This document shows, piece after piece, positions 18,925 to 28,077 of a stretch of DNA of 40,084 nt. The translations under genes were made by a program, and so were the position numbers. Under the pieces are notes generated by a model, which was not told where the DNA came from, made no database searches, and saw only the letters and a list, made by a program, of their open reading frames with translations. The stretch's first letter is position 1. Each line of letters opens with the position of its first letter. The stretch is from a virus: UHGV virus genome UHGV-0204614; one strand, given 5' to 3'.

Positions 18925-19323
18925 GTGGAGACAAAAAGAGATTTAGTGAAGCTTAAGGACTGCCCTGTTGGTTTTTTCATTTACAAAGGAACGCTTTGTT
19001 TTAAAACGGAGTATGGAGAAACGATTGATAACATTGTTCGTCATGATGTGTATGTCTGCGAATCGGGTGAATTTTTTTGGGGTGGCGTAAAAACTGTAGA
19101 AGAAAGAGAAAGCTTATTAGTAAAACCTGTTGATACTCAAATTGTAAAGAATGGTAAGTGGATAGAAGTACATCGTAAAAATATTTGGGAAAATAACACC
19201 TTAGTATTTGAGTGTTCTGCTTGTGGTAAGTATGCCGTGGATAACAAAGGCATTACGATAAAGTCAAGATATTGCCCCAACTGCGGAGCAAAAATGGATT
19301 TGGAGGCGTTAAACAATGACTGA
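18925..19323 (+). CDS. Hypothetical protein with C-terminal zinc ribbon
   Basis: ECSACG...YCPNCGAKMD; start uncertain (18907-18925). Confidence 0.75.
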   Translation: METKRDLVKLKDCPVGFFIYKGTLCFKTEYGETIDNIVRHDVYVCESGEFFWGGVKTVEERESLLVKPVDTQIVKNGKWIEVHRKNIWENNTLVFECSACGKYAVDNKGITIKSRYCPNCGAKMDLEALNND

Positions 19324-19576
19324 TAGAGAAGAAATGGAACTGCTTGTTCTAAAAGCAGAGTTAAAAAACTATAAGCGGTGGTATTTTGACTGCGTCGAGA
19401 AACTGGAGCAAATCAAGAGAGAACGCGATGCGGCGATGAAGTTTATCCCGCACGACTGTGAAACATGCGCATATTGGAAACCTAAAGAAGAAAATATTTG
19501 TGATGCGCCAAAAGGAGCGCCATGCCATTGGAGCAAACGTGAAGCATGGAAATGGTGTGGCGCGAAGGAGGAATGA
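19316..19576 (+). CDS. Hypothetical coiled-coil plus Cys-rich protein
   Basis: ERDAA, CETC...C...C...W; coupled overlaps. Confidence 0.7.
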   Translation: MTDREEMELLVLKAELKNYKRWYFDCVEKLEQIKRERDAAMKFIPHDCETCAYWKPKEENICDAPKGAPCHWSKREAWKWCGAKEE

Positions 19577-19833
19577 AAATGTTACATGAGTTAAAGATAT
19601 ACCCAATGCATTTTAATGATATTTTGAAAAATAACAAAAATTTTGAGGTTAGAAAAGATGACCGATTGTATGAAGTGGGTGACTATCTGTATTTAAGAGA
19701 GTATTTGCCTGCTGATGAATACACAGGAAAAGAGATTTTAGCAAAGGTGCTATATGTCTATAGAGGTGAGATTTGTTTACAAGACCACTGTATCATGGCA
19801 ATAGAAGTTTTGGATTGGTGGACGGTGAGATAA
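19573..19833 (+). CDS. DUF3850/ASCH-PUA-like protein
   Basis: HELKIYP, KNFEVRKDDR, VGDYLYLREY, YTGKE. Confidence 0.82.
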   Translation: MKMLHELKIYPMHFNDILKNNKNFEVRKDDRLYEVGDYLYLREYLPADEYTGKEILAKVLYVYRGEICLQDHCIMAIEVLDWWTVR

Positions 19834-19834
19834 G

Positions 19835-19948
19835 ATGACACGAAAAAGATTTATAAAGTTGCTTATGAGCCAAGGAGTACAGAGAAATGATGCGGAAGCT
19901 ATTGCACGCATGGTCTGGATGATGAAAAAAGAAGGTGAACAAAAATGA
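19835..19948 (+). CDS. Small hypothetical protein (37 aa, MTRKRFIKLLMS), not in ORF track
   Basis: Fills gap exactly; stop overlaps next start (ATGA). Confidence 0.55.
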   Translation: MTRKRFIKLLMSQGVQRNDAEAIARMVWMMKKEGEQK

Positions 19949-20265
19949 AAGAAATTAAATTAAAAGAATGTCCCTGCTGTGGCGGGGAAGCAGAAATGAA
20001 AGAAACTAGATATATTGATGCAACGCCATCCTCTGTAAAGGTACTATGTAAAAAATGCGCTTTACAAACAAAATCCTTTATAGAAAGCCTTGATTACTGC
20101 GCAAAAGAAGAGGCTGCGAAGGTGTGGAATAGGAGAAAGAATAGTGAAGTATGTGATAAATGCGGAAGTGACAATATAGAAGAAGTGAAGATTTTTGAAG
20201 GAGGTAGAATTGTCGAAGAGTTCAAACGGTGTGTTAAATGCGGGAGAATTATAGATGAAAAATAA
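19945..20265 (+). CDS. Lar-family (restriction alleviation-like) zinc-finger protein with extra C-terminal zinc ribbon
   Basis: LKECPCCGG...CKKC...AAKVWNRR then CDKC...CVKC. Confidence 0.75.
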   Translation: MKEIKLKECPCCGGEAEMKETRYIDATPSSVKVLCKKCALQTKSFIESLDYCAKEEAAKVWNRRKNSEVCDKCGSDNIEEVKIFEGGRIVEEFKRCVKCGRIIDEK

Positions 20266-20479
20266 AAACATAATTACCATTCTCTGCATAATAGCATCTT
20301 TCATCTGCTTAGTATCAACAATAACTTTGGCGCTACATATATCTTTCGTTATAGTTTTACATTACTGGTGGGCCTTTTTGATAGGTACGATACTTTCAGG
20401 TAGTGTACTGATTTTTTGTGTGATTTTGTATATAAGTGACTTGAGAGGGAGGAAAAAGAAGAAAAGATATGACGACTAA
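20255..20479 (+). CDS. Small two-TM membrane protein
   Basis: Two hydrophobic segments, basic C-tail. Confidence 0.6.
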   Translation: MKNKNIITILCIIASFICLVSTITLALHISFVIVLHYWWAFLIGTILSGSVLIFCVILYISDLRGRKKKKRYDD

Positions 20480-20885
20480 AGAAAAGAAAGAATATCTAAA
20501 AAGATATAGGAAGATAGATAGAGAAGTAAATCAATTGCTTATGGAAAAAGATGAAATAATTTCACTCGGAACACGAATCACTCCTAGATATAGTGATTTG
20601 CCAAGAGGTTGGGGAGAAAGCAATAAAGTTCAATTATCAGTTGAAAAGTTAGAAGCTCAAGAAGAAAAAATCGACAAAAAAATTGATTTGTTACATGAAG
20701 TGAAAGCTGATATTGAAAAAGCAATTCAAACTGTAGAAAATGACACTTTAAGAGTGCTTTTGCGTTATAGGTATATAAATGGATTAACATGGGAAAAAAT
20801 CGCAGTGAATATGAATTATACATATCAATGGATTTGTAAGTTGCATGGCGAGGCACTACGTAAATTAAAAGTTGATAGTAATTGA
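20469..20885 (+). CDS. Late transcriptional regulator (ArpU/RinA/DUF1492-like, sigma70 region-4-like HTH)
   Basis: KKEYLKRY...LLRYRYINGLTWEKIAVNMNY...LHGEAL; last early gene before terminase. Confidence 0.82.
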   Translation: MTTKEKKEYLKRYRKIDREVNQLLMEKDEIISLGTRITPRYSDLPRGWGESNKVQLSVEKLEAQEEKIDKKIDLLHEVKADIEKAIQTVENDTLRVLLRYRYINGLTWEKIAVNMNYTYQWICKLHGEALRKLKVDSN

Positions 20886-20900
20886 TATTAAAACTATGAT
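20872..20900 (+). promoter_or_regulatory. Putative late promoter
   Basis: TTGATA-17bp-TATGAT at the end of the late regulator gene. Confidence 0.55.
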
Positions 20901-20906
20901 ATAGTC

Positions 20907-21143
20907 AGTGTGGGAATAATGAATAGTAATTTCATTCTCATGACACTCCAAATATTTTCTAGCTAGTGCAGTGCTATAACTGCAAATCAAAAAAGCTCTG
21001 TTATTAGAGATGAAACCCTAGCCAGCAGGGAAAAGCTGGTATACATAGCTGGTTATATCGCAGTAGTGGTATCAAGCAAGGGCATGACCTTGCCAGCTAG
21101 TCCAAATATAAGGCTGTGCAGAAGCACGGTCTTATTGTTTTTT
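20907..21143 (+). ncRNA. Candidate structured non-coding/leader RNA upstream of terS
   Basis: Several stems, an H-type pseudoknot at 21016-21040, two stems followed by TCCAAATAT, bounded by promoter and terminator. Confidence 0.45.
21109..21143 (+). terminator. Intrinsic terminator-like hairpin just upstream of terS
   Basis: TAAGGCTGTGC-AGAA-GCACGGTCTTA followed by TTGTTTTTT. Confidence 0.65.
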
Positions 21144-21167
21144 ACTATTATATATCGAGGTGGTGAG

Positions 21168-21695
21168 GTGTCTAAATTAACAGAAAAACAGAAAAAATTT
21201 GTGGATGAATATCTTATAGATTTGAACGCTACGCAAGCAGCTATCCGAGCAGGATACAGCGAAAAAACAGCGCGTTCTATTGGACAGAGATTGTTGACAA
21301 ATGTTGACATTCAAAAATACATGCAAAAAGAGCAAAAAGAATTGCAAGAGAGAACGAGCATTCGTCAAGAGGATGTCCTAAGAGAGCTTGCAACCATAGG
21401 GTTTGCTAAAATAACAGACTTTGTAGGTGTCTATAATGGATATGTTATCCCGAAAGATACCGCAGATATACCAAGGGATAAAATAGGAGCTGTTGCAAGT
21501 ATCGAAGCCGGAAAAGACGGTGTAAAGATACGGCTTAACAGTAAGTTAGACGCATTGGAAAAGATAGGACGGCACTTGGGGATGTTCGATAGTAATCGGG
21601 CGCAGGAAACCGCTGAAAACAACTTGATTGAAAAAATGAAGGACAGTGTACAGCTTATGGAAGGGATAGACGAAGATGAAGTATGCGGTGTTTAG
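21168..21695 (+). CDS. terS: Terminase small subunit
   Basis: LTEKQKKFVDEYLIDLNATQAAIRAGYS; KLDALEKIGRHLGMF; GTG start after GAGGTGG. Confidence 0.93.
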   Translation: MSKLTEKQKKFVDEYLIDLNATQAAIRAGYSEKTARSIGQRLLTNVDIQKYMQKEQKELQERTSIRQEDVLRELATIGFAKITDFVGVYNGYVIPKDTADIPRDKIGAVASIEAGKDGVKIRLNSKLDALEKIGRHLGMFDSNRAQETAENNLIEKMKDSVQLMEGIDEDEVCGV

Positions 21696-22920
21696 TCCGA
21701 GGTCATTGCTGACAATGACATGGTGGCAGACAGAAAGGTATAAGGATAAGGACGCAATTATATGCGATGGTTCTATACGTTCCAGTAAAACGGTGTCTAT
21801 GTCAATTGGTTTTATTTTGTGGTCCTGTAGTTGCTTTAACGGAAAGACCTTTGCCATATGTGGAAAAACAATTGAAAGTTTGCGGCGAAATGTTATAACG
21901 CAGTTGCCTACTTTATTTGAGGGGCTATGTAAAATCACAGAGAGAAAAAGTGAAAATTTAATGGTGGTTTCTCTTGATGGCAGAGTAAATAAATATTATT
22001 TGTTTGGTGGTAAAGATGAAGGTTCGGCAGCTTTGATACAAGGTATGACCTTAGCAGGGGTTATGTTTGATGAAGTTGCTTTGATGCCGCGCTCTTTTGT
22101 AGAACAAGCTTTGGCAAGATGTTCTGTGGAAGGGTCAAAATTTTGGTTCAACTGCAACCCCGACAGCCCAGAACACTGGTTCTATAAGGAGTGGATACAA
22201 AAGCATAAGAAGAAAAACGCTTTATATCTACATTTCACTATGGAAGACAACAAAAGTTTATCTGAGAAGGTAAAAAAACGTTATGAAAATATGTATTCCG
22301 GTGTTTTCTATGATAGGTTTATCCGTGGGCTATGGGTGGTAGCAGAAGGGCTTGTATATTCGGTGTTTGACAAAGTTAAGCATGTTGTTCCGACAATTCA
22401 TAGAGTGTATGACAGGTATATGGTATCTATAGACTATGGCACTTGTAATCCGACTTCTATGGGATTGTGGGGGCGAAGCTTGGGAGTATGGTACAGAGTG
22501 AAAGAAAGCTATTATGATGGCAGAAAAATGAAATATCAACGTACCGATGAGGAGCACTACGAGGAATTGGAAAGGTTGGTTCAAAAGGAAGAAGGAAAAG
22601 GTTATTTACCGATATCAAAGGTAATAGTGGATCCGTCAGCAGCTTCGTTTATCGCATGCATTCGTAAGCATGGGAGATTCCAAGTTGAAAAAGCAAACAA
22701 TGCAGTTATAGATGGAATCAGAGAAGTAGCAACAGTACTGAAACAAGAGAAAATAAAAATAAATGATTGTTGTGCGGATTGCATTAGAGAATTCGGGTTG
22801 TATTGCTGGGATGAAAAGAAGACAGCAGACGCAGTGTTAAAAGAAAACGACCATACTATGGATGATTTAAGGTACTTTGTGAGAGCGGCTTTTAAATCAA
22901 GCACATTTAGCTTTGATTAA
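21676..22920 (+). CDS. terL: Terminase large subunit, PBSX family
   Basis: DGSIRSSKT Walker A, FDEVAL, CNPDSPEHW, IDYG, VDPSA, DHTMDDLRY. Confidence 0.95.
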   Translation: MKYAVFSPRSLLTMTWWQTERYKDKDAIICDGSIRSSKTVSMSIGFILWSCSCFNGKTFAICGKTIESLRRNVITQLPTLFEGLCKITERKSENLMVVSLDGRVNKYYLFGGKDEGSAALIQGMTLAGVMFDEVALMPRSFVEQALARCSVEGSKFWFNCNPDSPEHWFYKEWIQKHKKKNALYLHFTMEDNKSLSEKVKKRYENMYSGVFYDRFIRGLWVVAEGLVYSVFDKVKHVVPTIHRVYDRYMVSIDYGTCNPTSMGLWGRSLGVWYRVKESYYDGRKMKYQRTDEEHYEELERLVQKEEGKGYLPISKVIVDPSAASFIACIRKHGRFQVEKANNAVIDGIREVATVLKQEKIKINDCCADCIREFGLYCWDEKKTADAVLKENDHTMDDLRYFVRAAFKSSTFSFD

Positions 22921-22926
22921 AAAGGG

Positions 22927-24420
22927 GTGAGAAAAATAATATTTAATCTAATATCGGGCGAAACAGAAACGACCAGAATTAATCACATCATAGAAACAGG
23001 CGCCAAAAATCGCTTGACTGATCTGCAATTTTTGCAACGTGAGATTTTAGAGTGGCGCAATTCGGTAGAACGTCAATGGCAGATAACCGGAGAGCGGTAT
23101 TATGGTGGGGATCACGACATCATATTGCGTAAGAGAACCACCATAGATGAGGACGGCAATTTAAGAGAGGTTAAGAATCTTCCAAATAATCGAATCGTAG
23201 ATAATCAATACGCAAGAATGGTAAACCAAAAGGTCAATTACTCTTTTGCAAAGCCTTTTAGCTTCGATACGAAAAATAAGACCTATGCAAAGATACTCAG
23301 AAAACTATTCAATAGCCGGTGGGACATTACCCTAAAAAATATTGCAGAAGATAGCTTTAACGGTGGAATAGGATGGCTTTATGTCTACTACAACCAGGCA
23401 GGAGAATTGAATTTTAAGCGTTTTGAAAGTTATGAAATCCGGCCGTTATGGCAAGATTCAGAACATACAAGACTTGATGCAGTTCTTAGATTATATGAAG
23501 TCGTTTTATATGACGGAAACTCACCGTCTATTCAGGAACATGTAGAAGTGTACACAAAAGAAGGAAAATATAATTATTTACTTAAAAGTGGGATACTAAC
23601 ACCGGAAGAAGTTGCCTTCGAACCGTATTTAACAGTAGGAGACAAAAACTTTACATGGAGTACAATTCCAATTATTCCTTTTAAGCGAAATAGTAAAGAG
23701 CAGCCGCTTATTAAAGCAGTAAAATCACTGCAAGACGGAATTAATTTAATGCATTCCACATTTGAAAACAACTTAGAGGAGGACCCTCGAAACAGCATCA
23801 TGGTTCTGGTTAACTATGACGGAGAGAACCTTGGAGAGTTTCGGCAAAAACTTGCGACATATGGAGCTGTAAAGGTTGTAAACACAGATGACAGACCGGG
23901 TGGAGATGTTAGAACTCTATCTGTTGACGTTAACTGCGAGAATTACAAAGCTATTGTTGACATTTTTAAGAAAGCCTTGATTGAAAATGCTCAAGGGTAT
24001 GACGCCAAAGACGATAGAATGTCGGGCAATCCAAATCAAATGAATATCATGTCGATGTACTCTGACATTGATATAGATGCAACGGGCATTGAGTCGGAGT
24101 TCAGAGCGAGCATGGAGCACCTTTTGTGGTTTATAAATGCACATTTAAAAAATTCGGGGCAGGGTGATTATTCTAATGAAGATATTCGCATTATTTTTAA
24201 CCGCAATGTTCTAATGAATAACTCTGAGCTTATTGACCAGTGTCAAAAATCCGAAGGGCAAATCAGCTGCAGAACGATACTTTCTAAACATCCATTTGTT
24301 GAAGATGTGGACGCAGAATTGGAGCAGCTTAAGAAGGAACAACAAGAAGTACAAGAAGATCTGTATAGCAACGCCTTTGCAAAGCAATCTGAGCATGAGG
24401 GTTTAACTGATGAGCAATAG
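22927..24420 (+). CDS. Portal protein, SPP1 gp6 type
   Basis: YYGGDHDI, NNRIVDN, IPIIPF; position after terL. Confidence 0.9.
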   Translation: MRKIIFNLISGETETTRINHIIETGAKNRLTDLQFLQREILEWRNSVERQWQITGERYYGGDHDIILRKRTTIDEDGNLREVKNLPNNRIVDNQYARMVNQKVNYSFAKPFSFDTKNKTYAKILRKLFNSRWDITLKNIAEDSFNGGIGWLYVYYNQAGELNFKRFESYEIRPLWQDSEHTRLDAVLRLYEVVLYDGNSPSIQEHVEVYTKEGKYNYLLKSGILTPEEVAFEPYLTVGDKNFTWSTIPIIPFKRNSKEQPLIKAVKSLQDGINLMHSTFENNLEEDPRNSIMVLVNYDGENLGEFRQKLATYGAVKVVNTDDRPGGDVRTLSVDVNCENYKAIVDIFKKALIENAQGYDAKDDRMSGNPNQMNIMSMYSDIDIDATGIESEFRASMEHLLWFINAHLKNSGQGDYSNEDIRIIFNRNVLMNNSELIDQCQKSEGQISCRTILSKHPFVEDVDAELEQLKKEQQEVQEDLYSNAFAKQSEHEGLTDEQ

Positions 24421-25999
24421 TGAGTATTGGAGAAAACGGTTTGAGCAAGTCACAGAATCAGAACTGAAAAAGGCTGATATGTATCAGAAAATATTAGAAA
24501 GAGAGTATCAAAAAGCTATCGTTCAGATTCAAAAGGATATTGATACTTGGTATAACCGCTTTGCGAAAGATAACAAAGTTACTTATGCAGAGTCCAAACG
24601 CATGCTCAATAGCAAAGAGCTACAAGAGTTAAAGTGGACCCTAGACGACTATATCAAGCATGGCGAGGAAAATAATATAAACGGCAAATGGGTACAGCAA
24701 TTAAAAAATGCTAGTGCGAGGGTACATATTAGTCGCTTAGAGTCACTGCAAATTCAACTACAACAACACGCCGAAGTTGTGTTTGGAAATCAGCTTGATG
24801 ACCTTGATGATGTACTACGTGATATCTACGAGAGCGGATACTATCACTCTATTTTTGAAATACAAAAAGGTCTTGGTTTGGGAAGTAGTTTTACAAAGTT
24901 AGACACAGCCCGTATCAACAAAGTGCTATCAAAGCCGTGGGCAGACGACGGTCGTGATTTTAGCAAACGAATTTGGAGTAATAGAACAAAGCTGGTAAAT
25001 GAGCTGCATACTGGCCTTACACAAGCTTTGATACGTGGTGAGCCTGTTGAAAAACTTGCTAAACGGCTTTCAGAACGATTTGACGTAAGTAAAAATAGGG
25101 CAGTCGCATTGGTTCAAACAGAATCTGCTTATTTTGCTAATGCGGCTCAGCAAGACAGCTTTAAAGAAATAGGTGTTGATAAGCTGGAAATTGTCGGAAC
25201 TCTTGACGGACACACTTGTAGTACTTGTGGGGCGATGGACGGCAAGGTGATAGACGGGAGCGATGCAAAACCTGGAATTACTACGCCGCCGTATCACACA
25301 CGGTGTCGCTGCTGTACCGCTCCTGCTGTTGACGAAAAGATTGGAGAAAGAGTTGCAAAAGATGCAGGTGGTACAAACTACGGAGTGCCTGCGGATATGA
25401 CATTCGAGCAGTGGTATGAGAAGTACGTTAAAGGCAAAGGGGCAAGTAATGTTGAAGGTAATAATAAAAAATCATCTAAAAAAATAGGTGTTCTAGATTA
25501 TTCAGATAAAAAAGCGATAATGAAAAAGATAAGAGAATTCGAGAGCAGCGTGTTAGATTTAGATTATGAGCGTAATATTTCTATATGTAAGGACGGCTCT
25601 GTTTGGGTAACAGAAGGTGACAGCGCTAATGTATTCCCTGGTCTGATTGAAACGATGACAGAAGGAACTACGCTAAAAGGCTCTTACTCTTACCACAATC
25701 ATCCAAAAAATGAAACATATTTTTCTTTCAGCGCGGATGATGTTGCTTTTTTTATTTCTTACGGAGAGCACTTTGCAATGGCTTCTGACCATATGTATGA
25801 ATACTTTATGCAACGGCTTGACGATACAATAGAGATGGCGTATGATGATGTTAAATACCTGTTTAAAGATATCCAAACTACGCATACAAGAGAATTGACT
25901 TTTAATGGAAAAATAGACCCTGACATGGATGAATACCATGCAACGATGGAAGAGGTGCAGCAAAGGTTGCATTTTAAATATTGGAGGGTAAAGAAATGA
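24410..25999 (+). CDS. Minor head protein (MuF/SPP1 gp7) with C-terminal JAB/MPN-like extension
   Basis: YWRKR start, C-x2-C and PPYHTRCRC MuF motifs; extra domain with E...HNHP-x6-SFSADD. Confidence 0.85.
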   Translation: MSNSEYWRKRFEQVTESELKKADMYQKILEREYQKAIVQIQKDIDTWYNRFAKDNKVTYAESKRMLNSKELQELKWTLDDYIKHGEENNINGKWVQQLKNASARVHISRLESLQIQLQQHAEVVFGNQLDDLDDVLRDIYESGYYHSIFEIQKGLGLGSSFTKLDTARINKVLSKPWADDGRDFSKRIWSNRTKLVNELHTGLTQALIRGEPVEKLAKRLSERFDVSKNRAVALVQTESAYFANAAQQDSFKEIGVDKLEIVGTLDGHTCSTCGAMDGKVIDGSDAKPGITTPPYHTRCRCCTAPAVDEKIGERVAKDAGGTNYGVPADMTFEQWYEKYVKGKGASNVEGNNKKSSKKIGVLDYSDKKAIMKKIREFESSVLDLDYERNISICKDGSVWVTEGDSANVFPGLIETMTEGTTLKGSYSYHNHPKNETYFSFSADDVAFFISYGEHFAMASDHMYEYFMQRLDDTIEMAYDDVKYLFKDIQTTHTRELTFNGKIDPDMDEYHATMEEVQQRLHFKYWRVKK

Positions 26000-26223
26000 T
26001 GAAAGAATCTGCAAAAGGTACACCTGAGTATGAGCAATATAAGAAAGAATTCATAGCCTTATGTGAGACTTATGACCGATTAGAAGAAGAGTGGTATAAG
26101 GAAAATCCGAATCCTAATGCTCATCTCAAAGGTAAAGACGAACCAACACCGCGCCATATAAAAATGGAATGTAACCAAAAAATAAAAGAGCTGCAAAAAA
26201 AATATCATATGTTATTTGAGTAG
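25996..26223 (+). CDS. Small helical protein, candidate immunity protein for the MuF C-terminal domain
   Basis: ATGA overlap with MuF stop; followed by hairpin plus T tract. Confidence 0.6.
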   Translation: MMKESAKGTPEYEQYKKEFIALCETYDRLEEEWYKENPNPNAHLKGKDEPTPRHIKMECNQKIKELQKKYHMLFE

Positions 26224-26225
26224 AA

Positions 26226-26254
26226 ACCGCCTGTAAACACAGAGCGGATTTTTT
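26226..26254 (+). terminator. Possible weak intrinsic terminator
   Basis: CCGC-CTGT-AAAC-ACAG-A-GCGG followed by ATTTTTT. Confidence 0.5.
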
Positions 26255-26263
26255 ATACCCAAT

Positions 26264-26376
26264 TGTCCTGGACATGACATTAAAAGGTCTTATTTTTATG
26301 TAAAAAATTAGCCGTTGCGCGCGGAGAGAAAGAAAGCGCACCGCAGGATTGGTACAGGCCAAGTAAAAATAACGGC
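26264..26376 (+). promoter_or_regulatory. Structured 5' leader of scaffold gene
   Basis: TGTC/GACA stem with loop GAC able to pair with downstream GTC; GCCGTT/AACGGC enclosing TGCGC/GCGCA and GCGG/CCGC. Confidence 0.4.
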
Positions 26377-26393
26377 GGTAGAAAGGATTTTAT

Positions 26394-26972
26394 ATGTTAG
26401 AGTGGTTAAAAACAATTTTAGGTGATATGTACACAGAGGATATTGACAGACAAGTATCAACTGAAATTGGGAAAAACTTTGTCTCTAAAACAGATTTTTC
26501 TGTTGTAAAGGAAGCAAAAAAGCAGTTAGAGGAAACAGTAAAAGAAAGAGATGCTCAGCTGGATAAACTTTCTAAAATTGACACGGAAAGCCTACAAGCA
26601 ACCATTGAAACTCTAAAAAACGAAAATCAGGCAGCAAAAGAAAAGTATGAAGCTCAGTTAAAACAGCAAAAAATTGAACATGCGGTAACAATGGCGCTTA
26701 CGTCGGCAAAAGCGAAAAATCTAAAGGCTGTAAAAGCTTTGCTCGATTTAGAAAACGCAGAGATTCAGGAAGATGGTACTGTAAAAGGACTGCTAGAGAA
26801 CATTGAAACTCTAAAAGGTGCAGAGGACAGCAAGTTTCTATTCGAAACAAACGAGGCACCAAAATTCACAGGCATTGAGCCGGTGCAAGGAAGAGATGGT
26901 CTTCCGTTATCTAATATCACTGCAGAAACGTCTTACGATGATATTTGTGCAATGATGGAAAATAAAATTTAA
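26394..26972 (+). CDS. Scaffolding protein (phage GP20 family)
   Basis: Coiled coil, AKAKNLKAVKALLD, FLF; between minor and major head genes. Confidence 0.88.
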   Translation: MLEWLKTILGDMYTEDIDRQVSTEIGKNFVSKTDFSVVKEAKKQLEETVKERDAQLDKLSKIDTESLQATIETLKNENQAAKEKYEAQLKQQKIEHAVTMALTSAKAKNLKAVKALLDLENAEIQEDGTVKGLLENIETLKGAEDSKFLFETNEAPKFTGIEPVQGRDGLPLSNITAETSYDDICAMMENKI

Positions 26973-26987
26973 AGCGAGGTTTAGTAA

Positions 26988-28061
26988 ATGGCAAAATTCG
27001 ATTCAAAAACATTTAATCCGGTGGCTTTTGGTAAATACATGAAAGCGATCGAAAATCCAAAGTTAAACAGACTGAGACAGTCAAGAGCGGTCGCAAGAGA
27101 CAGCCGACTAGTTGAAACATTTAAGACAGACAGTCAAACCGGAACGGTATACGCAACGCTTCCATATTTCGGCTTGATTGGTGGGGCGCCTCAGAACTAT
27201 GACGGTGCTACTACACTAACCAAAGAAAGAACCACCTCTTTTGAGCAAGGTGTGTTTACTTTTGGTCGTATGAAGGCATGGACAGAAGGTGACTTTAGCT
27301 ATGATATTACCGGCGGTGTTGATTTTATGGCTAATGTCCGCAGTCAAATCATGGACTACTGGAATGAAGCTGATCAAGACACAATGCTGGCTATCTTAGA
27401 AGGTATTTTCTCAATGAAAGATACTAACTATAACAAAGCAAATCAAAATTTTGTAGCAAATCACACACTGGACATTTCTGCTTCCGGTGACACCGCAACT
27501 ACGGATGACATGCTGATTAGTGCAACTTCATTAAACTCTGCTATCCAAAAAGCATGTGGTGACCATAAGTCTAAATTTAGCTTAGCGCTTATGCATAGTG
27601 CAGTAGCGACCAATTTGGAAAACCTGAACCTGCTACAACATTTGAAGTATACTGATGAAAACGGCGTTCAAAGAGACCTTGAACTTGCAACATGGAATGG
27701 TAAACTCGTTGTTATTGATGACGCAATGCCTACCAAAGAGGAAGGCTCCGCGAATAAGCATACGCTGTACACCACATACATTCTCGGTGACGGTGCTTTT
27801 GGCTGGGAAGATGTTGGTGCAAAAGTACCGTATGAAATGGTGCGCGACGCCTTTACAAATGGCGGTGAAGACTCTCTGGTAAGCAGACGTCGCACAGCTG
27901 TGTCTGTCGCAGGTATTTCATACAAAAAAGCATCTCAAGCAAGCAATAGTCCCACAAACGCCGAATTGAAGAAACCTGAAAACTGGGAACTTGTAAATGA
28001 CGGTACAAATGCTATTAATGACAAAGTAATTCCAATGGCCAGAATCATTTCCAGAGGGTAA
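26988..28061 (+). CDS. Major capsid protein
   Basis: FNPVAFGKY, MHSAVATNL, VIDD, ELKKPENW, ARIISRG; follows scaffold. Confidence 0.9.
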   Translation: MAKFDSKTFNPVAFGKYMKAIENPKLNRLRQSRAVARDSRLVETFKTDSQTGTVYATLPYFGLIGGAPQNYDGATTLTKERTTSFEQGVFTFGRMKAWTEGDFSYDITGGVDFMANVRSQIMDYWNEADQDTMLAILEGIFSMKDTNYNKANQNFVANHTLDISASGDTATTDDMLISATSLNSAIQKACGDHKSKFSLALMHSAVATNLENLNLLQHLKYTDENGVQRDLELATWNGKLVVIDDAMPTKEEGSANKHTLYTTYILGDGAFGWEDVGAKVPYEMVRDAFTNGGEDSLVSRRRTAVSVAGISYKKASQASNSPTNAELKKPENWELVNDGTNAINDKVIPMARIISRG

Positions 28062-28077
28062 GGAAAGGTTGATAACG

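Noticed and set aside
21046..21104. Canonical tRNA gene
   Set aside because: About 60 nt, no GTTC T-loop and no full cloverleaf; kept only as a tRNA-like candidate
20907..21143. Known self-cleaving ribozyme (hammerhead, twister, pistol, HDV-like)
   Set aside because: Could not match the conserved cores by eye; needs a covariance model search
21066..21167. N-terminal extension of TerS in the ORF track
   Set aside because: Runs through the terminator hairpin; TerS homology and RBS begin at GTG 21168
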